Below are positions 25,201 through 33,107 of a stretch of 48,090 nt of DNA, in pieces. A program made the translations under genes and the position numbers. Every line of letters begins with the position of its first letter. Position 1 is the first letter of the stretch. The notes beneath the pieces were generated by a model, which was given only the letters and a program-made list of their open reading frames with translations, ran no database searches and was not told the origin of the DNA. The stretch lies in the IMG/VR virus record IMGVR_UViG_3300020403_000020, positions 1 through 48,090 of that record; one strand, written 5' to 3'. The DNA is from a virus (Duplodnaviria; Caudoviricetes).

Positions 25201-25456
25201 AGATTCAAGCGGGTTCCATGTGAGTCAGTGGGTGGACGTGTTTTCTGTTTATGATATGGACGCTCCAATAGTCACAACCAAAATCACCTCAATAAACACG
25301 GCCACCAATCAAATTGTTTTGGCTTCGAGCGTTTCGGGTCTGACTTTTGACTCTTTGTCGTTTGGGTTCATGGGGTTTCTCGTTCCGCGTGACTTTTCAA
25401 ACGCAACCAGCGACGTTCGCAAATATGGATTCATCAACAGGACCACAGCGACATGA
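22214..25456 (+). CDS. Large tail tip / hub-like structural protein
   Basis: 1080 aa, beta-rich; C-terminal LALGDTCTVTHP...ARVRSIEYD is typical of tail tip proteins. Confidence 0.65.
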   Translation: MVDLTKLRQKDRRPCYVLRIAGVPVLYGTHMPPALSTNGITHARRASIIANDISFSRRHDENARVVEVSNLEIVLSSDEQYTSDQYDPGKIFGRIGFQGADSFTRITANVDPTDVSLTVQDNSGFAAADTIHVGQETMTVTNIISTDTIRVSRGILGTFPRFHRVDGASGSFPYVTKPLTYFRGRRVVVYEGRVNDDGSVSDSLDDYAEVFRGFLASEPAVAVSGQSHEVTLEIAPLTAVLDKPLPASTLKTNLHPILHAFDGTIANKIAVHSFHQTGQMWRSNCEIQLNSSGTEFQYLNREGAAADIDNRFDNDISEFHPRGMAIRCDFTTRNKVLFLGPDSISTDPVSGHLMIHNLYVQSTVTDVLNQTGGGANITGAFVELKSRGGFETKIVRISILGTRSSAHVANWRHLLGERFNSALTTGTHLGLSGFHFDVGLDVSVGEIFISPNFSARGVGSKPAAQFVLSNSISKARSAIQDSGMFPDMFVVLREVIGRQAQSDVDTNAPHDSSNVGYRTILENLPFIVGATQNEFLPSSVLRLDDEDGNARVFHMEAERLIVTDGGTSVHAPLCDAYIHIGNVFNGPGENVPLSSCERFVVFEDSLGVASGTSADVLISQDDEAVAMLRVSNETSVSSDGFTGFQYQVDQVTKYKDIETIADVPGEKRHTVTPTIRPSDESIGQLLVRLLVSADGDSKTSSTHDTMVFGAGLSDGTGHADTFGADIDVDSFLAIPNPIAAEVFGPIYKEGDTLLETVEGLLLAVGYTVDISTNSLGKCKLRAVELTLPLESDVSQTFTTAEIAQKPTPSSSAELSIKNVFKFTANYNHEGDADVEVTVRDQVSIDLFKEAQDLSVDLKGIKLNTTTPGDAVHDLRPLFSKLRLENSFPRRVFTFDVPTSLLQSLALGDTCTVTHPLLRSTSGLGVTTEPARVRSIEYDGYSPTGSIELVAYGTVGQSWNMAANIISIVAGSGSLAVNVSANEHSPTARPSDGSAIEDSSGFHVSQWVDVFSVYDMDAPIVTTKITSINTATNQIVLASSVSGLTFDSLSFGFMGFLVPRDFSNATSDVRKYGFINRTTAT

Positions 25457-26208
25457 GCATACCGATACCAACAGAGCGGACGGGTGATTTTAATCTGACG
25501 GAGCGGGAGTGGTTACGCCGTCTGCGAGGCACCACTTTGGGACAGCTTGCAGACTCAGCTAACCAGCTTTGTTTTCGGCAGGGCTTTAACTGCATCAATA
25601 AGGTTTGGACCTATGCGATAGACCGCACCGACAAGAGCAGCGGCGGGGGCAATGTGATGTGGGACATCAACTTATTCGCATCTGCAAACGTTGAGTACTT
25701 CGTGGACATACCGCGCACACACCCAGCGGCGACGCAGCTCGGTGTGATATTGACCTACATGGCGCCAAATGATTTAGAAGACGATCTAACGCCAAGCGGG
25801 ACTCTAGGCAGTGCGGGACAAAGCGCCATCCGTGTGCGATTAAAAAACGCCAGCGGCACAGCACTGGACCCGCCGCCATCGTCGTCCAACTCATGGGCGG
25901 TAATCATGAGCGGTTCAGAAATGCCATCACCGCGCGTGATAAACAGTGAAACAAATGTTTTTGAATTTGAGTCCAGCGGTGACGTGTCTTTTTCAAGGCA
26001 GGGCAGCGGCGAACATGGATACAGTGCGAACATTGTGCGGTCTTTCCTGTATCTTGACAGAGGCACAATTGGCACCCATACGGCGCCCAGGAGAATTGGA
26101 TATGGAACAGCGGCCGGCACGTCGCAGCATGTATACTTAGAGTTTTCGGTAGACTATGCAGCCTTATTAGAGGCCACGGTTTTCGAGGTTCCAAAGCTGT
26201 TTGCATAA
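25453..26208 (+). CDS. Putative tail-associated protein
   Basis: ATGA-coupled to the upstream gene; beta-rich. Confidence 0.6.
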   Translation: MSIPIPTERTGDFNLTEREWLRRLRGTTLGQLADSANQLCFRQGFNCINKVWTYAIDRTDKSSGGGNVMWDINLFASANVEYFVDIPRTHPAATQLGVILTYMAPNDLEDDLTPSGTLGSAGQSAIRVRLKNASGTALDPPPSSSNSWAVIMSGSEMPSPRVINSETNVFEFESSGDVSFSRQGSGEHGYSANIVRSFLYLDRGTIGTHTAPRRIGYGTAAGTSQHVYLEFSVDYAALLEATVFEVPKLFA

Positions 26209-26438
26209 TGTCTACCATTGACTTCAAAAGACCTACATTTGTAGGGTTGACCGTTGCGGGTGATACGCTTGATAGGCTGCTACTATTGGGCGACCTATGT
26301 GACAAAGCGTGGGGCAACAATGTGGGGCAGTGGGTGCGGTTGATTGTGCGGCTACACCGTGGCGCGTGCTTACCCCAAACCATTGGCGAGGCGTTGGACG
26401 ATATAGAAGAGCAGGCCCTGCAATCTCTAAATGTTTAG
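26208..26438 (+). CDS. Hypothetical protein
   Basis: TAATG coupling to the upstream gene. Confidence 0.5.
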   Translation: MSTIDFKRPTFVGLTVAGDTLDRLLLLGDLCDKAWGNNVGQWVRLIVRLHRGACLPQTIGEALDDIEEQALQSLNV

Positions 26439-26717
26439 AGAATCCAAGGCCCTCGCGAATCGTTCTAGGTATTGCTCTTTGGTTAGTTCCTTGTAGTCTG
26501 ACTTGATCATTTCTCTAGCTTCGGCGCCTGACCTTGTTTTGGGCTTTCTGCCAGTCGGAGCGCCCACCAGCTCATCGTCCAAAATTCTGCCAATCGTTCC
26601 GCGGGTCACCTCGTAGAGCCTAGCCATTTCATAGGCACTGATTGGCCCGATTGCTTCAATGATCGCTTTTCGTACTTTTTTGCGGTGGTTGTGCACTCGC
26701 TCAACATCTTCGCGCAT
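26427..26717 (-). CDS. Small HTH-like protein
   Basis: ISAYEMARLYEVTRGTIGRIL; AACGGAG RBS before ATG 26717. Confidence 0.65.
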   Translation of the reverse strand: MREDVERVHNHRKKVRKAIIEAIGPISAYEMARLYEVTRGTIGRILDDELVGAPTGRKPKTRSGAEAREMIKSDYKELTKEQYLERFARALDSLNI

Positions 26718-26731
26718 TTCTGTTTCTCCGT

Positions 26732-27265
26732 TCATTTGATGAATACCCTTTCTAAACCTTGTGAATCGATGCTGTCAATGGTGAAGGGTTGACCATTGCC
26801 TGGATCGTTTACTTTTGAAGTTGAAACCGACAGCCCGACTAGCTCACCGAGAAACCAGAACGTATAGCGATTCACCGAGCGGGTGCCGTTTGCAAAATCG
26901 TATCCGCGTTGAGTGACACACCAGCCGCCGTCATCAAATCTCCACAGCAAGCCGATGCTGGACAGCTTAGCATAATCACCACCGCGCGCGTCGATGTCTT
27001 TCGACTCGAAACGCACGCCAACAGGAAAACGCGCAGCCAGGTCTCGCAACGTCTCAACCTGCCCGCGGTTCAATCCTCGCTTGTATAATTTCACCCCAGC
27101 GCCGCAACAGGGGCACAGCGTGCCGTCTATGGCTTTCTCTGCTAGCTCTAAGGCATCCGCCTGCGTTGTACCGCTGCGAGCCACCAGAACGCCCGCCAGA
27201 CGCCTTATAAAGCGCGGAGAACAAACTGGCACAGGCTCAGAGAATAAATCAATCTGATCACCCAT
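26732..27265 (-). CDS. Hypothetical protein (CPCC motif, possible winged helix)
   Basis: GTLCPCCG...YKRGLN...GGDYAKL...WCVTQRG. Confidence 0.7.
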   Translation of the reverse strand: MGDQIDLFSEPVPVCSPRFIRRLAGVLVARSGTTQADALELAEKAIDGTLCPCCGAGVKLYKRGLNRGQVETLRDLAARFPVGVRFESKDIDARGGDYAKLSSIGLLWRFDDGGWCVTQRGYDFANGTRSVNRYTFWFLGELVGLSVSTSKVNDPGNGQPFTIDSIDSQGLERVFIK

Positions 27266-27566
27266 GATCGCCCTCTTTCCACTTTTCCCAGGCTGAAAAA
27301 ATCTTGCCTTCGATTAGCTCGCGCTGTCCGTCGGTCAGCTCATCAAAGCGCACAGGCATGCGCGCATCGCCGCAGGCCATTACAAGTGTCACAAGGTCAA
27401 TAAAGCCACCGCCACCATCGTGGCATTTTTCTGGCGGTCCGCTAATCACAGGCGACTCGTGCGGCTCTGCGTTGAATGTGACAACGCACTGCCCGAAAGC
27501 GGGCAACGCGATGGTGCCCATATATGCGTTGGTGTCAAAGCTCCAGCATTCTTCAAATTGTGCCAT
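27258..27566 (-). CDS. Hypothetical protein
   Basis: ATG 27566 with AATGGAG RBS directly after the repeated hairpin. Confidence 0.7.
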   Translation of the reverse strand: MAQFEECWSFDTNAYMGTIALPAFGQCVVTFNAEPHESPVISGPPEKCHDGGGGFIDLVTLVMACGDARMPVRFDELTDGQRELIEGKIFSAWEKWKEGDHG

Positions 27567-27583
27567 GATTCTCTCCATTGAAA

Positions 27584-27601
27584 GCCGCCCCGAAGGGCGG
27601 C
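27584..27601 (-). repeat. GCCGCCCTTCGGGGCGGC hairpin, copy 4
   Basis: The + strand reads GCCGCCCCGAAGGGCGGC, the exact reverse complement of the repeat. Confidence 0.95.
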
Positions 27602-27610
27602 GGGTTGTTA

Positions 27611-28138
27611 TTAGTAGGACGCCCGAAAGAAGGCCGCTTCGCTGCATGGGTAATCAAAACATTCGTCATCTTCGTCATCTTCGTCATCTACAATCGGGCA
27701 CACAGATTGAAGCATATCGACCAGCGCATAGGTCGCAGTCAAGCCACAAAGAATGTCAGCAATGTGCAGCCATGTGATATAAAAATCGAACTTCATATGG
27801 TCGAGAAATTTGCCCCTTTCTACGAGCATTCTTTCTCGCGCAGCCTTTATTAAATCATGCACAGAAACGGATTCCCAAGTTCCTGGCAGGCTTACACATG
27901 ATCCGTTTACACGCCGCTCGACCGCAGCAAACTCGATTGATGACCCCCTAAACTTGCTATAGTTGATCGCCCAAGCCGATACGCGCTCACGCATTAACAA
28001 ATAAAACATCTTTTCTTTTTGCTCTTCAGTGCCGCAGCACTCAAGCATGTCTCTAATGGTATGCCTCAAGTAATCACTGCCCCCTAATGTGATGCTGCTT
28101 GGGCAAACATTTAAAGTGGTATAAAATTTGTTACTCAT
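27611..28138 (-). CDS. Hypothetical early protein
   Basis: AACGGAGAGAACGAA-ATG; first gene after the class II promoter. Confidence 0.7.
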   Translation of the reverse strand: MSNKFYTTLNVCPSSITLGGSDYLRHTIRDMLECCGTEEQKEKMFYLLMRERVSAWAINYSKFRGSSIEFAAVERRVNGSCVSLPGTWESVSVHDLIKAARERMLVERGKFLDHMKFDFYITWLHIADILCGLTATYALVDMLQSVCPIVDDEDDEDDECFDYPCSEAAFFRASY

Positions 28139-28225
28139 TTCGTTCTCTCCGTTCTTTTTTGTGAGCCCCGTTGCTCATGCCCTAAAGGTACTAAACCTGT
28201 ACTAATGGTCAAGATAAAAATGCAC
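28136..28225 (-). promoter_or_regulatory. Promoter and leader, class II copy 2
   Basis: Minus strand GTGCATTTTTATC-TTGACC-N16-TACCTT-TAGGGCATGAGCAACGGGGCTCA...AACGGAG. Confidence 0.72.
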
Positions 28226-28265
28226 TAAATGTGAACTATTTTAAAAACGTTGTGATTGCGGACAC

Positions 28266-29585
28266 TTAGAAAGGCAGACCTGTGCGGCTCATTGCGTGCT
28301 TTGCGCTGCCGTCGCCCGTGATGGTGTGCCCATAAAGCACAGCTTTTCCGTTCTGAATTGGGATAAGTTGTTGCGATGTCTGTCCGTCTTCGTCCTCGTA
28401 GACAATCCCAAACCCCTGTTGCCAATCTAGGTAGTCGCCGCCTGCATGCGGCACAGCGCCATCGGTGCGGCATAGGCATCCAGGTGACGACGCGGTGATG
28501 ATTTGCGGACCGTCTGGTGTTTGGATTGTTTTCTGCGCCATTTCGAGTCGATGAACGTGACCCCAGATAATGGAGCTGGTGGCGTTTCTCAAGTATGCGC
28601 TCGCGGTCTCACCGCCTGGCCTTGCTTTGGTACCATGCTGGATTCTTATCTGGTCAAATAGCCAAAACGCTTTGCCGTATGGTGCGAAGTATTCAATGTC
28701 AAGGGTGTCGAGGGCGAGCAGGCTCGGAATGTTTAGAAGCTCAGAGCCGTCGAGCGTATCAGCCGAGCGGAGCCCATGAGCTTCGTCTAGCTTGGAGATA
28801 ATGGCGTCAGTGATTCTTTTTTCGTGGTTGCCTTCCATAAATCGGATATGAGCGTGCGGCGCCGCAGCTCTTAGCGGTCTAAGGAAGCCCGCATACAGCT
28901 CACGCAGTGTCGCGTTTGTGGTAAAGCGTACAGACGGGTCAGCGGTCCATCTAGTGGACCAGGGCGCGAGATCAAGCATATCGCCCAGTAGTATTATTTC
29001 GTCAGGCTCTAACAGCTCAGCAGCTTGCAGGACTACATCACAGGCGGCTCGGTCGTGAAGTGGTTGCCAGTCATATCCGCCAGGCTGGGAAATGTTTTCA
29101 ATTCTGCGAAACCCGTGTTGGCTGTCAGGAATGATCAGAGCTGTCTTGATTGCGGGCGCAACGTCGAGCGGTTTGCGCTTGTAGTTAGGCATCGGGTCAA
29201 GACCCTGAACGAAGAAGCTAGGCGCTCTTTCAAGATACGCTTTCACTTGATGCATTTGGTGAATTTCCGAATCTTTGCCGAGTGCCTGCCATGTGTTCAG
29301 CGTGTGCTTTGTGCATACCCAATCTTCATCTAGGTCGGCGGCTTCCAAAAGGTGATCAAGGTTTACGATACCCTTGCCGACGATTGTGGCGCGGTCACCT
29401 TCGTGCTTGATGTCAATCTTCGGTCTTGCCTTTGGCTTCGGCTGTTCTTCTGGTGGTTCAAGTAAGGCCGTGTTTTTTGTCAGGTGATAGTGAACCGTCG
29501 AAGCGGCGAGGTTCAGCTCGCGCGCGACCGCACGAATTGATCCAAGTTCAATGTAAAGTTTTTTAATCTTTTCTGTTTGCGTCAC
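28266..29585 (-). CDS. Calcineurin-like metallophosphoesterase with N-terminal HTH
   Basis: IPDSQH, LGDMLD, EGNHE, QHG and WGHVHR motifs; HTH GSIRAVARELNLAASTVHYHL; likely GTG start at 29585 coupled to the upstream stop. Confidence 0.85.
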   Translation of the reverse strand: MTQTEKIKKLYIELGSIRAVARELNLAASTVHYHLTKNTALLEPPEEQPKPKARPKIDIKHEGDRATIVGKGIVNLDHLLEAADLDEDWVCTKHTLNTWQALGKDSEIHQMHQVKAYLERAPSFFVQGLDPMPNYKRKPLDVAPAIKTALIIPDSQHGFRRIENISQPGGYDWQPLHDRAACDVVLQAAELLEPDEIILLGDMLDLAPWSTRWTADPSVRFTTNATLRELYAGFLRPLRAAAPHAHIRFMEGNHEKRITDAIISKLDEAHGLRSADTLDGSELLNIPSLLALDTLDIEYFAPYGKAFWLFDQIRIQHGTKARPGGETASAYLRNATSSIIWGHVHRLEMAQKTIQTPDGPQIITASSPGCLCRTDGAVPHAGGDYLDWQQGFGIVYEDEDGQTSQQLIPIQNGKAVLYGHTITGDGSAKHAMSRTGLPF

Positions 29586-29923
29586 AGTGCCCCCGCCAGC
29601 AGCACCACAGAGAGCGCGCCAGCGAGGAAAGACCCGACAGTGACGACGGGGAGAACCCATTGCGGCGCAGGTTCTGGAGCTGCGTCGATTATGTCTTGTG
29701 CCGTCCTAAGTTTTGAGTTGAGTCTTTCTATTTCTATCTTTTTAGTTTGCTTGCAGAGTTCCCAACTTGCTGTCATTGTTGGCAATTCTACGCGCTTGCA
29801 TTTTAAAGCGTTTCTTGTGCTTTCGACAGTCCAAAGAATCCCAGTGCATGGAGCGGGCTGCCCTACTTGGATTGGAGTAGTTGCTGCACAGATTTGAAGT
29901 AGTATAAGATTAGTCGCTGCCAT
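29582..29923 (-). CDS. Putative spanin-like membrane protein
   Basis: Hydrophobic N-terminus with Cys, coiled coil, C-terminal TM helix. Confidence 0.45.
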   Translation of the reverse strand: MAATNLILLQICAATTPIQVGQPAPCTGILWTVESTRNALKCKRVELPTMTASWELCKQTKKIEIERLNSKLRTAQDIIDAAPEPAPQWVLPVVTVGSFLAGALSVVLLAGAL

Positions 29924-30179
29924 ATTCGTGATCCACCATTTTGGCCAGGTCGTTTAGACTAGCGCGATCAATATGCTGTGTTTGACTTTGTGCGTTTTCG
30001 ACCGCTTGCTTGTGCTCATTGTGAGCTTGTGCGGATGCCTGATTAGCTTTCTCGTCTGTTGCATGGTTTTGTCTTTGCTGTTCACGTTTTGTTCTGCGTC
30101 TCCTCGGTGGATTTTGAAGCAAAACGGCGACCAGTGCGGCAAAGATTCCCAGGGCGATCGTGAGAGAGTAATCATTCAT
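29910..30179 (-). CDS. Putative i-spanin-like protein
   Basis: N-terminal TM followed by a helical hydrophilic domain. Confidence 0.45.
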   Translation of the reverse strand: MNDYSLTIALGIFAALVAVLLQNPPRRRRTKREQQRQNHATDEKANQASAQAHNEHKQAVENAQSQTQHIDRASLNDLAKMVDHEYGSD

Positions 30180-30480
30180 CAGGGCAGTTTTCGCAATCTT
30201 TGCAGCCCTTGCCTGCGTTTTTTATTTTCTCTTTCACTTGAGCAACAACAACCGCAGACAAAGCAGCGCCACAGAATCCGCTTATTGCGCCTTCAGGCGT
30301 CTCGCTTAGATAGTAACCAAAGGCGCTTCCGCAGCATAGCGCGAAGAGACGCACCAAACTCTTGGCCCAGCTCTTGGTTACTTTCTTGATGACTGGCTTG
30401 ATTGCCTCCGTCACCCCGTAGACTGAAATCGAGCACAGGGTGCCAATCTTTAACAATTCTTGGATTTCTGGCAGGTTCAT
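30172..30480 (-). CDS. Putative holin
   Basis: About 100 aa, 2-3 hydrophobic segments, basic C-terminus, AAGGAG RBS. Confidence 0.55.
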   Translation of the reverse strand: MNLPEIQELLKIGTLCSISVYGVTEAIKPVIKKVTKSWAKSLVRLFALCCGSAFGYYLSETPEGAISGFCGAALSAVVVAQVKEKIKNAGKGCKDCENCPDE

Positions 30481-30485
30481 TTTCT

Positions 30486-30698
30486 TCACTCCTTATCATC
30501 AAGCACAACGGGCGTAAGTCGTTCATTGCTTTTAAGTCTCAACTTTCTGGTTTTTCTGTCCACGATTTTTGTGCTGTCTTCGATGATAGACATAGCCGCT
30601 TGCGCTTCTGTCATTTTAGCCTCTGGCTTTGGCTCTGGTGATGCTAAAAAGACCAGGGATGTTATGATCGCAGTTAGTGCGGTTGTCTGTGTGTCCAT
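30486..30698 (-). CDS. Small membrane-anchored protein
   Basis: N-terminal hydrophobic segment. Confidence 0.55.
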   Translation of the reverse strand: MDTQTTALTAIITSLVFLASPEPKPEAKMTEAQAAMSIIEDSTKIVDRKTRKLRLKSNERLTPVVLDDKE

Positions 30699-30699
30699 T

Positions 30700-30927
30700 T
30701 TACTTTTCCCTATGGTACATTTTCACACGCTCTGCAATCTTGGACCATGTGGCCGCATGCTGAACGAGGAACTTGGTAACTTCTTTTTGATCCTGCTTTA
30801 ACTCTTCGAGCTCTGTGGACAGTTGATCAATTTGCATCTTGCCAATGTAAAGCGCACCGACCACAAAGAGGAAAAGTGAAACATTGTTTTTTCCGTCACC
30901 GACCGACCTGCTTATCAAATCCCACAC
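30700..30927 (-). CDS. Small membrane protein with coiled coil
   Basis: TM VSLFLFVVGALYIG followed by a coiled coil. Confidence 0.55.
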   Translation of the reverse strand: MWDLISRSVGDGKNNVSLFLFVVGALYIGKMQIDQLSTELEELKQDQKEVTKFLVQHAATWSKIAERVKMYHREK

Positions 30928-32073
30928 CTATTCGCTCCAAAAACTGTAGCCTTTGATCTTGAGGTTGATGTCAAAATCATTACCATCATTATACCGCATC
31001 GGTGCCCGCGGTGCCATCGCGCGAGTGCCTACAGCTAAAGCAATAAAGTGTCCATCCGCAACGGATTGAAATTGTTGAAAAGGCGGGTGTATCTGAAATG
31101 TGCCCGTGAGCGTCTCAGTTGTATTAGCAGCCACCGACAGCTCTAAAAACTCACCGCGCTCTCCAGAGCTAGAGAAATGATTAGGGTGCGATTGCGGAAA
31201 CTGGAACAAGCTACGAGGATCGATTGCTTGTATTCTAAGGTTTCTGGTTTCTGTGGCGTGTGCGTTTTGTGCCCTTATGTAATAGTTGATTGTAAGCGGC
31301 TTCGTTGAGTTTTGGACCCTTATGATGTGGGGTCTTACAAATGGGTGTATGTGCTGCAAGTCTGTACTGCTTGCGCCGTTAGTAAACTCAATGCCAGACA
31401 CTGAAGCAATCGACCGAGTCCGCTTTTTCAATGTGTTGATGGTAGACCCAAAGCAATACCCAAGCGCCGCGCTAATTGGTTCATCTGTAGACGTTGGTCC
31501 CGTGCCTATTGGTATGATAGGGCCATCTTCACTCTTAGTTGTGGAAACCGCAGAGACGGGAATCCAAGAAACTGCAACATCTTGGCAAATTGACTCTGGC
31601 GAGCCTGTTGCTGAAATTGAGTTTGACAGTCCGATTTGGATTGTGACGAAAGGCTGCGTGATTACCAGACTGCTTATTGTGGCAGTATGTAAAACATGTG
31701 TAGTTGTGCCCGTGATTGTAACGTCTTTGGACCCGATCAGCGTTCCGCTGCTTGCCCCGTCATAAATGCGCACAGTTAGCTTTCCAAAGCTCGACGCGTG
31801 CTGCACATGCCGCGCCCTAAATATAACCGCAACCGAATCGTGTGCCCTGCTTATGGTCGGCGCACGAACCTCAATCTGGTCAGTGGCAGAGTTTGATCCA
31901 ATAATTCGGAAGCTGTCGTGCCTGAACCCTTGAGAATAGATGTGCAGATTATTGTTGGCGTGTGCAGCATTTATCGTTTCTGCAAGGTTTCGGAAAAACT
32001 CTTGCCCAGGTGTTGCCCCTGCGTGTGCCTGCGTTGGATTTGGCGGATTGCCTGTTGTTTGGTTGTAACTCAT
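30928..32073 (-). CDS. Putative structural (tail-associated) protein
   Basis: 381 aa, Ser/Thr- and beta-rich; heads the minus-strand membrane-gene operon. Confidence 0.55.
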   Translation of the reverse strand: MSYNQTTGNPPNPTQAHAGATPGQEFFRNLAETINAAHANNNLHIYSQGFRHDSFRIIGSNSATDQIEVRAPTISRAHDSVAVIFRARHVQHASSFGKLTVRIYDGASSGTLIGSKDVTITGTTTHVLHTATISSLVITQPFVTIQIGLSNSISATGSPESICQDVAVSWIPVSAVSTTKSEDGPIIPIGTGPTSTDEPISAALGYCFGSTINTLKKRTRSIASVSGIEFTNGASSTDLQHIHPFVRPHIIRVQNSTKPLTINYYIRAQNAHATETRNLRIQAIDPRSLFQFPQSHPNHFSSSGERGEFLELSVAANTTETLTGTFQIHPPFQQFQSVADGHFIALAVGTRAMAPRAPMRYNDGNDFDINLKIKGYSFWSE

Positions 32074-32079
32074 GGTCTT

Positions 32080-32119
32080 ATCTTAGCACGTTGTCAGATG
32101 TGCGGAAATGTGAGAAAAT
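32080..32119. promoter_or_regulatory. Divergent overlapping promoters
   Basis: Plus: TTGTCA(32091)-N17-GAAAAT(32114) with TGn, 6 nt before ATG 32126. Minus: TGnTAAGAT, 6 nt before ATG 32073. Confidence 0.55.
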
Positions 32120-32125
32120 TCAAAT

Positions 32126-32596
32126 ATGCCTTATCGAAGAGTCAAGCACAAAAAGAGCACGATCAAAAAATGGTCGAAACGGCACATGATTGCTTTTGCG
32201 AACCAGTCTGCCCTCATCGTAATCCAAAGAACACAAACGGAGGGGCTTGGCGTAGATGATAAAAAGCTGCCTCAATACAAGGGCAGGGGCAGGCGTCTCG
32301 GCTCTTATTCTTTAAGCCATGGAAGGCTGCGAAGGGATGGCGGAAAATATAGAGGCGCTCGAATCGGTGGAGGGTTGCCAATCAACCGCATCACACTTTC
32401 GGTGACTGGTCAGATGTTTCGTCAGTTTCGATATATACGCAGCTCAGGGCGAAGATTCTACGCACAGATTGGCCCGACGGGAAATTCTAAAAAATACGCC
32501 AGGTTCACCAGCGACCTTCGCCCGTGGATTGGCTTTAGCAATAAAGACAGGCAAAAGGTGCTCAACTCATTCCGAGCAATATGGCGCTCATTATGA
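32126..32596 (+). CDS. Virion morphogenesis / tail completion protein (Mu gpG-like)
   Basis: Basic protein with ITLSVTGQMFRQF...YARF...RPWIGFSNKDR. Confidence 0.7.
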   Translation: MPYRRVKHKKSTIKKWSKRHMIAFANQSALIVIQRTQTEGLGVDDKKLPQYKGRGRRLGSYSLSHGRLRRDGGKYRGARIGGGLPINRITLSVTGQMFRQFRYIRSSGRRFYAQIGPTGNSKKYARFTSDLRPWIGFSNKDRQKVLNSFRAIWRSL

Positions 32597-33090
32597 GTGA
32601 TTCCGTGAAGCTAAGCATTGAGCATATTAGCAGAACGGTTTCTGCTTTTCCCAGCGCCATCGTGTCCAGCTTTCCCGATTTAGGAAACGCGGGCTTCGTT
32701 GACATTGAAAAGATGGGCGGCGCAAGGTTGCCTTTAGGGGCTCTTGTTGGACGTTCGCGGGTTTTTGAAGTTGATTTAAATGGGATCACCGCCAATGCGT
32801 TGCAGCTGGGTCAAGGGACGCCACAAGCCTTTGACTTTTCCGCTGCTGTGCGTGTTCGTTACGATGCACAGGGGGCGGGTATTCGTGATACTATAAAAGC
32901 GCAAGCATTGAGGGAGCAGCTGGTAATCATTAAGGCTTTAAATGCGAGCAATTGGCCAAGTGTTGCGGGATTGGTGACGCTGGTTGCTCGTTCAGGTACA
33001 ATACAAAGCGGCGCCGCTGTTGATGATGCGGGCCAGGAATATGAGTTTATTTTGTCAGAGGTCCAGGTGGATCTCTCGGTTGACATGTAA
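32593..33090 (+). CDS. Putative tail terminator
   Basis: Position directly before the major tail protein; ATGA coupling. Confidence 0.5.
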   Translation: MSDSVKLSIEHISRTVSAFPSAIVSSFPDLGNAGFVDIEKMGGARLPLGALVGRSRVFEVDLNGITANALQLGQGTPQAFDFSAAVRVRYDAQGAGIRDTIKAQALREQLVIIKALNASNWPSVAGLVTLVARSGTIQSGAAVDDAGQEYEFILSEVQVDLSVDM

Positions 33091-33107
33091 CCAAAGGAGA
33101 AACGAGC

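Noticed and set aside
27664-27690. Tandem TTCGTCATC x3
   Set aside because: It only encodes an acidic DEDDEDDE run on the minus strand; no sign of phase variation because the unit is a multiple of 3
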